Positions 1 through 12,845 of a stretch of DNA of 64,000 nt are shown one piece after another (positions within the stretch are counted from its first letter, which is position 1; every line of letters begins with the position of its first letter). Under the pieces are notes generated by a model. The model worked only from the letters and a program-made list of their open reading frames with translations, was not told the DNA's origin and ran no database searches. Where the stretch lies: the NCBI GenBank assembly GCA_905250025.1, contig CAJNOJ010000052.1, positions 23,044-87,043 on the forward strand, given 5' to 3'. The DNA comes from Adineta ricciae (taxonomy: Eukaryota). The position numbers were made by a program, and so were the translations under genes.

Positions 1-572
1 GAGAATACCACTTGGCGTACGCGCGCTAACAGCGTGTACATAATGAATCAGTATTGGTCGGACAACTGGCTGTTTGAATATATGTTAATACTACAGAGTA
101 AAGAGAAACAGAGAGAGAGAAGTCGAATTATTCTCTCTCCTCTAGAGAACACCTCCCTTCGTTTTAGTATTATTTGGATGACAACGACAGAACGACCCAC
201 CGGTCACTTGATCATTTTTCTTTGTGTTCTTCTTGTGTCGAAGAAGATTGGTTGATAGATGCATGTCTGTATATGTACATATCCAACAGCGATGTTTTTG
301 CCCTTCTCCCTCTCTCTCGCTGTCCATATAGAGACGAGACGTTCACATGGCAGAGACGGCGCCGTCTATCTTCTTTTCTTCTCTTTTTATATGTGTATGT
401 ACGAAAAGAGAAAAAAAGCGAAGAAGAAGGAGAAGGAAAGCAAACGCGTTACTGACCTGTCCATTCTTTGTCCACTTCCTCATTTTGCTAGATTTCTATC
501 TTCGCTCATTGACTTTCTTCAAAATTTTTACACGAATATATCAAATTAATAAATCGAATTTTCTTTCTTTAG

Positions 573-2088
573 ATGTCACTCTATTTAGTCACAGATGCAT
601 TTCGTAAACTCGGCTCGCCGGGTATCAAGAATGATGATTTCTATGACCGGCTTAGTCGCAAGTATTCATTGATACTTCTCGGTGTATCATTTTTAATTGT
701 CAGCTCATCACAATTTGTTGGTCACCCAATTAATTGCTACACACAGAATATCGCTGGTAGTCATACAGCGTACGTTAATTGGGTCTGCTGGATAAGTTCG
801 TCGTACTATTTACCGTTCGAAAAACCCTTACCGACACGCTATGAAAAACCACCCGAGAAAATGTATGTAGAAACGAATGACTTTCGGAAAACATGAAGTC
901 ATGATTACTTTCGTTTAGTCCTTATTACCAATGGGTACCATTCATTCTTCTTTGCATGATGTTTCTTTTCTACTTGCCGGGTTTCATATGGCGTAATTTG
1001 AATAAAGCTTGTGGAATCAACACAAAAGTGATTACCAAAATGGTTGCCGATATGGATCAAATGGACGGAGAAAAACGCGAAAAGGCTGTACGAGCTCTGG
1101 CTAAGCATATTGATAAAGCTTTAGCTTATCATCGAGAATATGATCATGGTTTACTGTATGTTCTCATCGACTCTTTGATTGAAATCATACTACGTCTTTT
1201 TTTTTAAATTTGCATTTAGATATAATATCCGTCGACGTGTTGGTTCAATTCTTTTCTGCAGTGTTGGTCGCCATTCTGGCAATTATTTAGCATTAACCTA
1301 TGTTTTGGTGAAATTACTTTATATTGCAAATGCTGTTGGTCAATTGTTTCTTTTGAATGTATTTATGGGACGTGGATTTAGTTTAATTGGTCTAGAAACC
1401 ATTCAACGCTGGATGAACGGTCAAGATATGGAAGCTGTCGAACGTTTTCCACGTATAACTATGTGCAAGTTTATTATCCGAACACTCGGTGATAATATTC
1501 AACCATATGACGTTCAATGTTTATTACCAATTAATATTTACAATGAAAAGGTAAGAATTTGAAAAAGAGTCTCAATTGGAAACACCGAATTTAATTTAGA
1601 TCTTTTTATTGATATGGTTCTGGCTTGCTTTCGTTGCTGCTGCTTCAATCTATGGTTTATTCAAATGGTTATTTTATTTCACATCGAATGCTCGAGCAAA
1701 CTTCGTTCGTCGATTTTTGAAAGCTAATGACATTCGTTATTTTTCGCCATCAACAACATCATCATCGACTGGTATCGGCTCCAGTCATGATCATGATCAA
1801 GCACCAATCAAACGTCTTGAAGATTTCGTCAATAGTTATTGTCGTCAAGATGGTGTTCTTCTTCTACGTATTATCAAAAAGAATACAAATAATGTTATTG
1901 CTGGTGAAGTCGTTTGTGCCTTATGGGATAATTGGAAAGTTATGCCCCAAATTCGTTTTAACGCTTCACCAGAATCGGACAATGGTGGTCAAATTATTGG
2001 CCTAGGTGTTAAAACTCCTCTCACAAAGATTGGTGCTGGCGAAGGCAATGAGAAATTATTACCCCCTATGTCCGGCATATTATCCTAA
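573..2088 (+). CDS. Innexin (gap-junction protein), 4 exons. Approximate exons: 573-862, 919-1155, 1220-1550, 1600-2088.
   Basis: Spliced product contains the innexin signature PYYQWVPFILL at the exon 1/2 junction. It also contains the conserved block GRHSGNYLALTYVLVKLLYIANAVGQLFLLNVFMG and TM-like segments. Introns are 56, 64 and 49 nt with GT..AG ends (GTATGT, GTATGT, GTAAGA donors). Reading frame is maintained across all junctions. Confidence 0.85.
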
Positions 2089-2543
2089 ACATTTCAAATG
2101 ATTAAACAAAAGCAAAGGAAAGACATTAAATGAGCCCTTTGAAAAAGGAGGATGATGATAATGTTGTTTTGGTACTTTCTTTTTTTCTCTTTTTTGCCTC
2201 ATTCTTGTATCTTTTTTTTTCATTCTTCTTGTCTTGTATACATTCAATTGATCAGAACTTGATAGCTATTTACTTCTTTGGTTTACTATCTTTCTATGTT
2301 TCCCAACTGCTTTTGTTTCTTCTGTTTCTGTAGTGGTAATAATAAAACTTTTGTGAAGCTGATTCGAACGATCTTCTGGGAGGTAAACATTCGCTGAAAG
2401 AAAGGAGAAAGAAGAAAGAAAGAGAGAGACGAAGAACGTGTGAAATCTACTGATGCATATGTTTCATTAGATCGAAATAGTAAAAGAATAACGCTGAACA
2501 GTGCGATTATCATTTCACTAGTCGTAGATTGTAAAAAAAAGAT

Positions 2544-4079
2544 ATGCTATATGCTGTTGTCGAAGCTTTTCATAAACTAGGTTTACCGCGAACCAAGAAT
2601 GATGATTTCTATGACCGACTTAGTCGAAGATATTCGATGATCCTCACGGGTGTTTGTTTCATCATAATAACTTCGACAAATTTTGTTGGAAATCCCATTC
2701 ACTGTTTTACACAAATGGTTGATAGTCAATATAAAGTCGATTATGTCAATTGGGTCTGCTGGATTAGTTCGTCATACTACTTACCATTCGATAAACCCTT
2801 GCCAAATCGAAATCAAGAACGACCAGAGAGAATGTTCGTACAAACGCCACTTTGAAATTGTATTTCTCGGTATTTTGCTTTCTTTTTCAGTCCGTATTAT
2901 CAGTGGGTACCGTTCATTCTATTCACAATGATGATACTGTTCTATATTCCGGGATTTATCTGGCGAAAATTGAATCGAAGCTGTGGTATCGACACCAAAG
3001 TGATTACAAATAGTATGCTTGAAATGGACCCATTAAATAGCGAACAGCGAAAAGAAGCGATGTCGTCATTGGCGAAACATATTGATCGAGCTTTGACTTA
3101 CCATCGAGAGTATCATCATGGATTTATGTAAGGTTTCTCGTTGTTTGTAAATATATTCGTTGTTATTACACATAGATACAGTACGTGGAAGCGATTTTCG
3201 TGCTTATTATGTTGTACAGTCGGTCGACGTTCGGGAAATTATTTAGCTTTTGGTTATATTATTGTTAAACTACTTTATATTGCTAATGCTGTTGGTCAAT
3301 TGTTTCTTTTGAATGTTTTTCTTGGTAATGGATTCCAATGGTATGGACTGGAAATACTGAAGAAATGGTTCTATGGACAAGAAATCGAAGCTGTTGAACG
3401 TTTTCCTCGTATCACAATGTGCAGATTTATTTTAAGAACGTTAGGAGATAATATTCAGCCGTATGATGTTCAATGTTTATTACCAAACAATATCTACAAT
3501 GAGAAAGTGGGAGGGATAATGTTTGTTTTTGTCTTAAATTGAGAGGAATTGAATGTTTAGATCTTTCTATTCCTTTGGTTTTGGTTGGCATTTGTTGCAG
3601 CTGCATCAATCTACGGTTTATTGAAATGGTTTCATTATTTTACATTGAAATCACGAAAGGATTTTATTCGTTGTTTTCTCAAAGCAAATGGAGTTGATTA
3701 CTATTCGGAAAATATAAACAATTATGACATCGAACTGCTCCGAACGTTTGTTGACAGCTATTGTCGACAGGACGGAATCCTATTGTAAGTTTTACTCGGA
3801 TTTTACACAAATAGTTTCATCTTTCACTTTTTTAGATTACGTATCATCACAGCGAATATGAACAACGTCCTTGTTGGTGAACTTATTTGTACTCTGTGGG
3901 AGAATTGGCAACTACAACGAAAGATTCATATCAACAGTTTATCTCAACACATTGAACATCGTCGAGGAAAATTATTGGACGATCATGATGATAGTAATAA
4001 TTCGACATTAGTAGAATCCAAAACAGGAACATTAACTGTTCATGATGATCGATATGTATTGTTACCACCGCGAATTTAA
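2544..4079 (+). CDS. Innexin paralog, tandem duplicate of the upstream gene, 5 exons. Approximate exons: 2544-2833, 2891-3127, 3176-3506, 3561-3784, 3836-4079.
   Basis: Same architecture and motifs as the upstream innexin (PYYQWVPFILF, GRRSGNYLAFGYIIVKLLYIANAVGQLFLLNVFLG). It has one extra intron relative to gene 1, after RQDGILL, with a GTAAGT donor. The first intron apparently uses the weak donor GTTCGT at the position where the paralog uses GTATGT. Confidence 0.8.
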
Positions 4080-4604
4080 ATTGAAGGTCGTGATATAGAT
4101 GAACAATGATGTGTTCTGTATGGATTTTTGCCCAAGACGTTGAGAAAGAGAAGATACATTTTTTAGTTTCGTTTTTGATATTAAAATTGTTATGAAAGTA
4201 ACGATGTCTTTATTTTAAAATGTTTCCTTCTACCTACTGTGATATCGGATGACCTTTTTACATGTTCAAACTTATTTTGGAGGTGAGGAATGTTTAACTT
4301 CCGTAGAGTTTTCAACATTCGAAGTACAAAAACCGTTCATTTGTTTGTTTTTTTTTATACTTCGACTACCATCGCCATCTATAGAATAGTGTGAAACATT
4401 GATCAACGGTTAATCTCTTAACAAAAATTCTTTTCGTTATAAATTTAATATAAATTTTGTTCTCAGCCGTATACAAGTAAGTTTGCTATGATTGGTTGAT
4501 GAGCAACACACCGTGACCTGACGTGTTAAGCTAGCAATCAAGCTTTCGCAGCTGAACAGCGTCAATTGTTGATCGTCATTCTGTCCTAATCTCAATTTCC
4601 CACG

Positions 4605-5301
4605 ATGCAAATCTCTTCTACCTTTGTTATTCTTTGGTTTTCTCTCATTAATTCTATTTATTGCATCAGTTTTCATCTGCCAATTAGTACAAAAAAATGT
4701 CTGAAAGAAGAAATTCATAAAGTACAGTAATCAAATTTGTCGAACATTCAATTCACACTTGGTTTTTCATTATTAGGACACGATCGTTACCGGTGATTAT
4801 GATATCACTTCTGTACCTGGTTTTCCTACTCATCTTCAAGTAAAAGATACCAAAGGGCATACTCTCTACAACAAGGAAGATGCCGTCAAAGGCAATTTTG
4901 CGTTCACAACGGAAGAGTACGATATTTTTGATATTTGCGTTGAAACAAAATTACCTCCTGGTCAACAGAAACATCATCTATCAGGTTTCCAAGCATCCAA
5001 AGAAGTTAATATTAAAATCAAACACGGCGTGGAAACCAAAGATTACGATGCGTTAGCAAAAGCCAACAAACTCAAACCGTTAGAGGTTGAATTGAATCGT
5101 CTGGAAGACTTGTCATCTGCAATCGTGTCCGATTTTGCATATATGAAAGAACGTGAAGAAGAAATGCGTAATACAAATGAATCTACCAATAATAAAGTTC
5201 TTTATTTCTCAATTTTCTCGATGATTTGCCTCATGAGCTTAGCCATTTGGCAAGTCCTCTATTTACGACGTTATTTCAAAGCAAAAAAACTTATCGATTA
5301 A
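4605..5301 (+). CDS. TMED10: TMED10 / p24-delta cargo receptor (emp24/GOLD family), 2 exons: 4605-4721 and 4777-5301.
   Basis: Signal peptide [20 protein letters not shown] is followed by [29 protein letters not shown], which matches human TMED10 [29 protein letters not shown]. Also present are the GOLD domain, a coiled coil, a TM segment with conserved Gln ([12 protein letters not shown]) and the C-terminal FKAKKLID KKxx-type tail. One 55-nt intron, GTACAG..AG. Confidence 0.9.
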
Positions 5302-5453
5302 ATTTAATAGTCAAAAGAAAAGGCATTCTGTTCGACATCGTGTTTTTTTTGTAGTTGTTATTGTTTTTCATTTAATTTAAATGTTAATTTCAAAACTAAC
5401 GTTTTTATTTTTATGTATTAGTATTAATCTCATTTTCTTTCATTCGTTGTAGA

Positions 5454-7462
5454 ATGCGTTCGATTGTGATCTTAGCTCTGACATTCTTATTAGCATTTGC
5501 CTTCGATGAATTTTCTGTTCCGGAAGGTGAAGATGCGCCTTTGACCGGTCCAAATGTAGTCGTAGATCTCAGCAGCAGTAATTTTACACAATTTATTCAA
5601 CAACATCCCGTCGTTCTTGCTGAATTCTATGCACCATGGTAAGTATCAATGCGAGACAAATGTTGACTCAAGCGAATTTTTTCTTCTCTCTCTTATTCAA
5701 GGTGTGGGCATTGTAAACAATTAGCGCCACATTATGAACAAGCTGCACGTTTAATGAAAGATGCTGCAAATCCAGTTGCTTTTGCCAAAATTGACGCAAC
5801 GATAGAAGAATCATTAGCTCGCGAGTATTCAATTGAAGGATATCCTACCATAAAAATCTTTCATAAGAATAGCGAAAAGCCAGTAGAATATGAAGGTCCT
5901 CGTCAACCTGCATCAGCCATCGCTGATTTTGTCAAAAAGTATGCTGATCCAACTTGGACACCGCCACCTTCGGATGTTGTTGTTCTTACGGTTGATAATT
6001 TCGAGACATTCACTACAGAAGAAGAGTTAACTCTAGTCGAATTTTATGCTCCATGGTGTGGTCATTGTAAACGATTGGAACCAAACTTCGAAAAAGCAGC
6101 AACATCACTGAAAAAGGATACAAAAATTCGTTTAGCCAAAGTTGATAGCACTGTGGAAACAGCATTAGCAGCTGCACATAATATCACTGGGTAAGATCAA
6201 CTTGTGTTTCTTCGATCGGTACTCATCTTTAGTATTCTACAGATATCCGACATTAATTGTGTATCGCAAAGGTGGAAAATATGCACCTTATGATGGTGAG
6301 CAAAGTGAGCAAGGAATTGTTTCGACAATGAAAGAACTTTTGTCATTACCAAGTCGTGAACTACGTAATATGAATGATTACAAAAATCTATTCCGAAAAA
6401 ACGATCAACCTGCTCTGATTGGTGTTTTTCAATCGGATGAAGATGAATTATATAAATTGTTTATTGATTACGCATATCACCATCGAAAAGCATTTCAATT
6501 TGGTCATACATTTGAGAAGATCTCCGCTTTAGATGGTGTCCAAGCACCTGCAATTGTTCTTCAACAGCATTCTGATGTTCGATCGAAATACGAAAAAGAC
6601 AAAATAGTTTTCACCAAAGCTAATGCACTCGAAAGTGAATTCGAAGAATTTGTCACGAAGCACCAAGTGCCATTAGTTGGTGTGCTCACACAAGAAAATC
6701 AACGAACCACTTATTTATCTCGCCGACCAATTTGTGTCGTTATCTATGACGTGGATTTTTCGTTCGATCATCGTGAACGAACACAATATTGGAGAAACAA
6801 AATTCTCAAAGTTGCAAATGATTACAAGGACAAATACACTTTTGCTATTGCTGATGAAGAAAAAATGTCGTCATTATTGAAAGAATTCGGCTTAGAAGAA
6901 TCTGGTGAAGATATCAATGTTGGCTGTTTCGATAAAGATGGTTTGAAATATCGTATGGAAGATGATGATGAATTTACTTCGGAATCATTCGAAGAATTTA
7001 TCAATAAACTAATCAAAGGAAAAGTCAAACCCTATATCAAATCTCAAACATTACCCAAACAACCCATTGTCAATGGAATCCAAACTTTAGTTGGCAAGAA
7101 CTTTGAAAAAGTTGTTCAAGATCAAACGAAAAATGTCCTCGTCTTTTTCTATGCACCATGGTAGGATCAAGTTTTGCCATTCAATCTCACCATCTTTGAT
7201 GAATTTCAGGTGTGGTCATTGCACAAAATTTAAACCCACGTATGCAGCGCTTGCTCAACGTTATGCTAGTCGATCAAATCTCATTGTTGCTCAAATTGAC
7301 GCAACGGCTAATGATATTCCTAAAGGTTTTGAAGTAGCTGGTTTTCCCACGATTTATCTCGTTCCAATGAATAACCAACCCGTGAAATACGAAGGAAATC
7401 GTGATCTAGATGATTTAGTGAAATTCATTGAGAGTCATTCACAATTCAAAAGTGAACTTTAA
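5454..7462 (+). CDS. PDIA4: Protein disulfide isomerase with three thioredoxin CGHC active sites (ERp72/PDIA4-like), 4 exons: 5454-5638, 5702-6190, 6243-7160, 7210-7462.
   Basis: Signal peptide MRSIVILALTFLLAFA. Three APWCGHCK motifs are present; the first and third are each split by an intron inside the Trp codon. b/b'-like middle domains and a C-terminal KSEL ER-retrieval-like tail are present. Introns are 63, 52 and 49 nt. The a0-a-b-b'-a' arrangement is that of ERp72. Confidence 0.85.
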
Positions 7463-8059
7463 ACAGAAATGACGAACAATCAAAAACTATCTTTATACAT
7501 TCCGTCAAACTGATATCGAATTTGTTTTTGTGTGTTTTAGTTATTTATTACTTTAGTTGTTTTGTTTTATCATTGGTGCTTTTATTTTACATGTCATATC
7601 AAGTAACGATACGCAAGAGAGAGTGAGAGAAAAAACATCGTTGATATTTTCTTTTGTTTGATTTTGGAGAAGCGTTGTTTAGTGTGCCAAACTTTACTTT
7701 TACATGCGTCATGATACTTTATCACTCGACAGATAATAACATGACTCTTGTTCGGTCATATTTACCGTAGGAAGATCATCATCTCTTCGAATAAAATCGC
7801 ATATCGCTGATTAATCATTTGATTACGAGCAGAAATAAATGAGTGTGCTTTTGATTTTTTTTCTTGCTGAGAAAAAGAAGAACAGATAAATAGATGTTTG
7901 TGTAATCTAGCGAGAGCTGTCGAGTTAAAAATGAGTAAAAGTATGGCAAAGCTTGTGATTCGTCGAGATAACAATGAGTCATACATATACGTCTTCTTTG
8001 TAGATATATACAAATATGTCGACTTTTATTTATTTCATTTGAGTGAACATTAGAACACG

Positions 8060-9774
8060 ATGGCAGCCAAAGCTTTTCAAGTTGCTCTCGATGCAGCAAC
8101 AAACGAAAACAACACTGAAGAGAATTGGGATAGAATTTTAGGTAAGTTATAATCGACTTTAATAATGTTTGGAAAAGCACTTTTCTTTCTTTTCATTGTA
8201 GAGGTATGTGACTACGTTAAAAATGGTCAAGTAAAACCTAATGAATTACTTGATCAAATCGTGAAACGTTTGAAACAAACTCGTAAGGCGAAACTACAAA
8301 TGAACGCTTTAACATTATTCGATGCAGCGGTAAAAAATTGTGGTCAACAATTTCATCAAGCATTTACATCACGTGCAACAATGAATGCACTCGTTGAAGT
8401 TATTGATGATTCACATACGGAAAACATTGTACGTAATCGTATAGGTTCATTATTAAAACAATGGATGAATGATCCAGAATTTAAAGACAAAGCTCAGTAT
8501 GCTATGCTCGGTGCAACATATAAAAAGTTAATAACAGAGAAAAATTACACCTTCATTGATGGACCTAATCATCAATCGATATCCTCAGCAGGCACAACAG
8601 TGGCAGGAGTTGCAGCACGAAAAACTCAAGATGATCTATTGGCAAAACGAGAAGAGGAAGAGTTTGCTAAAGCTAGTAAGTTTATTTTCTGTTTGGAGAA
8701 GTATATTTTCAAATCGTATTCCATTGATGTGTAGTTGCTTTATCGATGCAAGAAGCAAATCAATCAAAACCACAGCAAACAGCTACAAATTCACTTTATC
8801 CATCGATGCAACCATCTTCTTCAACAAATCCGACATCGGCATCGACAATAACAAGTTCAGTTGGTAATGAAAAGAAAGCGAAAGCTTTATATGATTTCGA
8901 AGCGGCAGAAGACAATGAAGTGACATTCAAAGCAGGCGACATTTTGATTATTACGGATGACAGTGACCAACATTGGTGGAAAGGTATCAACAATGGTGTT
9001 GAAGGTCTATTTCCAGCTAATTTCGTTACGAAAAATCTTCAACAACAAGTTGATTCGCCTAGTCAATCAAACGGAACAGCTAATGTAAGCATGTCGAAGA
9101 AATTCATCTACTCGTTCGACTATCGTTTTTGACCGAATTTGTAGGATATCAATCAAAAGCAACAACAACGTCAGAATGAAATTGTTAAAGATCAAGTCGT
9201 GATCGATGAACGTCTTATCGATCGATGCTTAGGAATGTTGCAAAATGCTGATCCAACCGGTGAAATCGAGGCCGATTCGAATGAAATGCTCATGCTGGAA
9301 GACACATGTTATGCAATGGGTCCATTGATCGATCATGAACTAGAAAAAGTCGATCGTAAGCATGTTCAATTAGAAGAATTGAATAAAAACCTACGCGAAG
9401 CTATGGATTTGTATCACCGATTGATGGAAGAAGGTCGTATACGTGCAGCTCAAGCGAAAACAAATGCTGCTCAACTAGCTAATCAAATGTACCAACAGAC
9501 ACAAATTCCAACTCAACAATATTATCCAGGTCATCCAAGTTTACAACAACAACAACAACCACCAATGATGTATCAACCTTCACAAATGTATAATAATCAA
9601 ATACCTCCACAAACTCAACCATCCATGCCTTATATTCCACAACAAGCAACAGGAGCATATTATGTTGATCCCAATTTACAACAAACGCAACCAGTACATA
9701 TGATGTATACGATGCCACCAAACATGATGCCGCCGCAACAGCAACAACCAGCTGCTTATAGCGAAACGCAGTAA
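8060..9774 (+). CDS. STAM: STAM (signal-transducing adaptor molecule; ESCRT-0 subunit), 4 exons. Approximate exons: 8060-8141, 8201-8667, 8735-9084, 9145-9774.
   Basis: N-terminal VHS domain (NWDRILEVCDYVKNGQ...). A UIM (EEEFAKAIALSMQEA) is formed across the exon 2/3 junction. SH3 domain ALYDFEAAEDNEVTFKAGDILIITDDSDQHWWKGINNGVEGLFPANFV. A coiled-coil/GAT-like region is followed by a Q/P-rich tail. Intron donors are GTAAGT, GTAAGT and GTAAGC. Confidence 0.85.
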
Positions 9775-10222
9775 TGTTTTAGGACTCGAACTGTACATTT
9801 ACTTTTTCTTCTGCCATGAAAATATCCACATCTTCTCGATTTGATTTCGTCTTTTAAATTATGTTGTGTTCAGTTTTTTTTTCTTTCCTTTTTATGAATT
9901 GTACGATCATCGTGTACGAAATAAAAACAAATCTATATATACATATAAACAAACAAGAATAATCCTATGATTTGCTCTTTCTTCTCCAAAAAGTACATTC
10001 ACACGTTCAGGACAAACTTTTGCTTATGCAAAATATTTTGAAGTACATTCTGATAGATTACTTTTTGGTTCTTCACCATGGAGAAAGTGTCATGAATATG
10101 TCATTTGTTTATGAAAAGAAAGAGAACGATATAAATACATACCTTATCTCACATACGCAAAAAAAACGATTCGAATTCACGGAGTGACAGTGTTGCAAAT
10201 ACTTTACTTGTACATTGTTCGA

Positions 10223-12845
10223 TGGATGAATCTCGTCCAACACGACAACGAACAATTCAAGGTATGTTTTTCCAAGTTCAGTTTCATACATCAATCATAT
10301 CGAAGCTAACAAACTACTGTTATTTTGGTCACTATGGGAACTAGACTTCTTTTTGCCATCACCAAATATTAATAATCAATGCTTTTTATTTAGTTGTTTC
10401 GTTGCTAGATAAAATTCACTTGAAGAAAGAGCCCGATCTGCCAACATTACTATCCAATCTCCGTGAAAGTCTTTTAAAAAAATCCGAAGATGATGATCAA
10501 ATTGATTCAAATATTATACAACTTACCGAATCCATCAAAGTTAAACTTGAAGGTCTTGAAAAATTCTACCAGAAAAAAGAGATCTTCGATATCCTGCAAA
10601 CAACATTGGAAAGGTTTATTAATGATATTATTTCAATAACAAAACTACCAAATATTCTCTCCAATGAGAGATTTCTAGATATTATTCACATTATAATTTT
10701 GTCGGCAGAAACGCTCGAATTACGTTCGATAATAGAAAACGATCCGCCTTATGCACGGACTATCTGTTTTCGCTTTTTCAACTTATTGGCATCACCTGTT
10801 ATAACTGATTTTCTCAATGAAAAAATCAGCCTTGTTCTATTTGAACTGATTGCATACGTTTTGCGCACGATTACCAGTTATATTACCATAACGATCGAAG
10901 TTATTGTTTTCAAAAAAAATGAACTACAAAATCAAGTTCCAATTCTACGTTCATTATTGAAATACATTGATTGTCACAAAGCCAATTCTGATTTCACTGA
11001 AAAACGTACGGCAGTTGATTCTTTATTTACTTTTATATGGTCATTAGCCAACGATACGATTTTAGTTCCAACTTTGATTGAAGCGGAATGTCCAAAATAT
11101 GTATTACAATGGATTGCAAACGAAGACATACCATCAGGAATGCAGCAACCATGTATACATATCATACACAACATAGCAAGACATGAGAAAGGTGTGAAAG
11201 TGTTAAACGATGCGAATGGTATAACCATACTTAAAGATTTCAAGAGACGAGTGCTTGATCCGAACAAAAACAATCAAGACGAATTGTATACCGAATTACG
11301 ATTGGTTTACTGTATGGCTGTATCATTATTAACCGAACCAAAAGAAAATCATGAAGATTTGGATAATCTTCGCAAAATTCTTGATCAATTGATGCAGTTA
11401 GCTGTTGATGCTGGACAATCTGTACAGAATAAATATCGAGGCTTTCACGTCAGTGAACCAATTGTTGTTTTAACGAAATTGTGTATTCATGATGAAATTC
11501 TCAATTATGTTTTAAATGAATCAAATGTACAAAGAATGGAAGCACCAACAAAAATTCAATTTTTCTGTCATTTACTAGTTAAATTTCGTGCTGCAGTAGC
11601 TACCGACGATGATTTAGATCAATTAACACTGATAGCTCTGTTTAACATTATATGGAGCATATCATTTCATGATAAATATTTATCTGAATTGAAAAAGAAT
11701 TTTCAGTTTTTACTAACAATCAAAACTCTAGCAGTTGATAATACTGCTGGATCAGTTGACCAATATGTACCGAATCACATGTCATCGATACCCAAAGCAG
11801 CTCAAGGTATCTTATGGAATCTTGACGAAGATAATCCAGGTATGCGGAAAAGAGTAGAATAATAAATAATTGCATTGCTGTTTTCGCTTAGGACGACTCG
11901 TTCGAAACACTACTGCGGAATCGACAGCAACGACGCTAGCGGAACCGGTTACTGATGAAACAAACAAAACACGTGTAATGGTTAGCTATTGCCATACAGA
12001 TCAAGAATTCTGTCGTCAATTAGTTGACGCATTAAAGAAAGGTCAGCTCAATGTATGTTCACGAAATATTGAAATCAAAGCGTGCTTTGATTTTTAATAT
12101 AGATAATCGCTTACATATTTGGGTAGATTTCGCATATTGCCATACAGAAGACTTTTGGGAAGAAATCGGTGAAGCTATCGAAAAAGCAAATGTTGTGCTC
12201 TTTCTAATGTCCAAAGAATATCAAGATAGTAAATCATGTCGACAAGAAGTGATGTATGCGAAAGATTCGTTGAAGAAACGTTTTATTCCCATATATGTGA
12301 AAAAAGATTTTCAAGCATCTGGGTGGTTAGGCGTACGTATTGTTGGTCCACAGTATATTCGCTTTGAGAAACGGCCATTTGCAGATACAATGAAAGAATT
12401 ACTGAAATTGATTTTTGAAGATAAAACAACAACAGTATCTGCGCCAAAAGAAGAAATTAAACCTCTTCCTCCACCTCCAGTCACTGAAACAAAACCGACG
12501 GAAAGTACAGTGAAACCTAGTGAACCTATTCCTACTCTCACAGATTTCAAACCATTGAAAAAACCTGTTGAACAATGGACAAGCAAAGAAATTTCTCAAT
12601 GGTTTAGCGATAACCAAATTCATCGTGAACTAGTTGATATATATGATTTCAAGCATGGTACAGATTTGCTTCTTTATAGTCAATGTCTTCGACCTGATTG
12701 GCAAATTGAATATAATGATATGAAAGAACGCTATCAACAGAAATATCATACTCCACTATATCGTGATCAATTCGTTCGTTTCGTCGGAGCAATGAATCGA
12801 CTGAAACCATCGCAATCAAAATCAAAAACATGTGTCATTTCCTAG
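10223..12845 (+). CDS. SARM1-like protein with domain order helical (ARM/HEAT-like) - TIR - Pro-rich linker - SAM. About 4 exons: 10223-10261, 10394-11839, 11892-about 12054, 12103-12845.
   Basis: The TIR domain spans exons 3-4: VMVSYCHTDQEFCRQLVDALKKGQLN ... IWVDFAYCHTEDFWEEIGEAIEKANVVLFLMSKEYQDSKSCRQEVMYAKDSLKKRFIPIYV. It aligns to the human SARM1 TIR (DVFISY..., [33 protein letters not shown]..., WVHKEI...), including a Glu at the position of the SARM1 catalytic Glu. The C-terminal SAM-like domain is WTSKEISQWFSDNQIHRELVDIYDFKHGTDLLLY... The large N-terminal exon is leucine-rich helical repeat. Phase-compatible introns are 132, 52 and about 48 nt; the exact donor of the last intron is ambiguous (GTATGT versus GTTCAC). 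Confidence 0.65.

Noticed and set aside
9479-9721. Minus-strand ORF within the STAM Q/P-rich C-terminal exon
   Set aside because: Antisense reading of the CAA/CAG-rich repeat. It has no start context, and STAM is on the plus strand.
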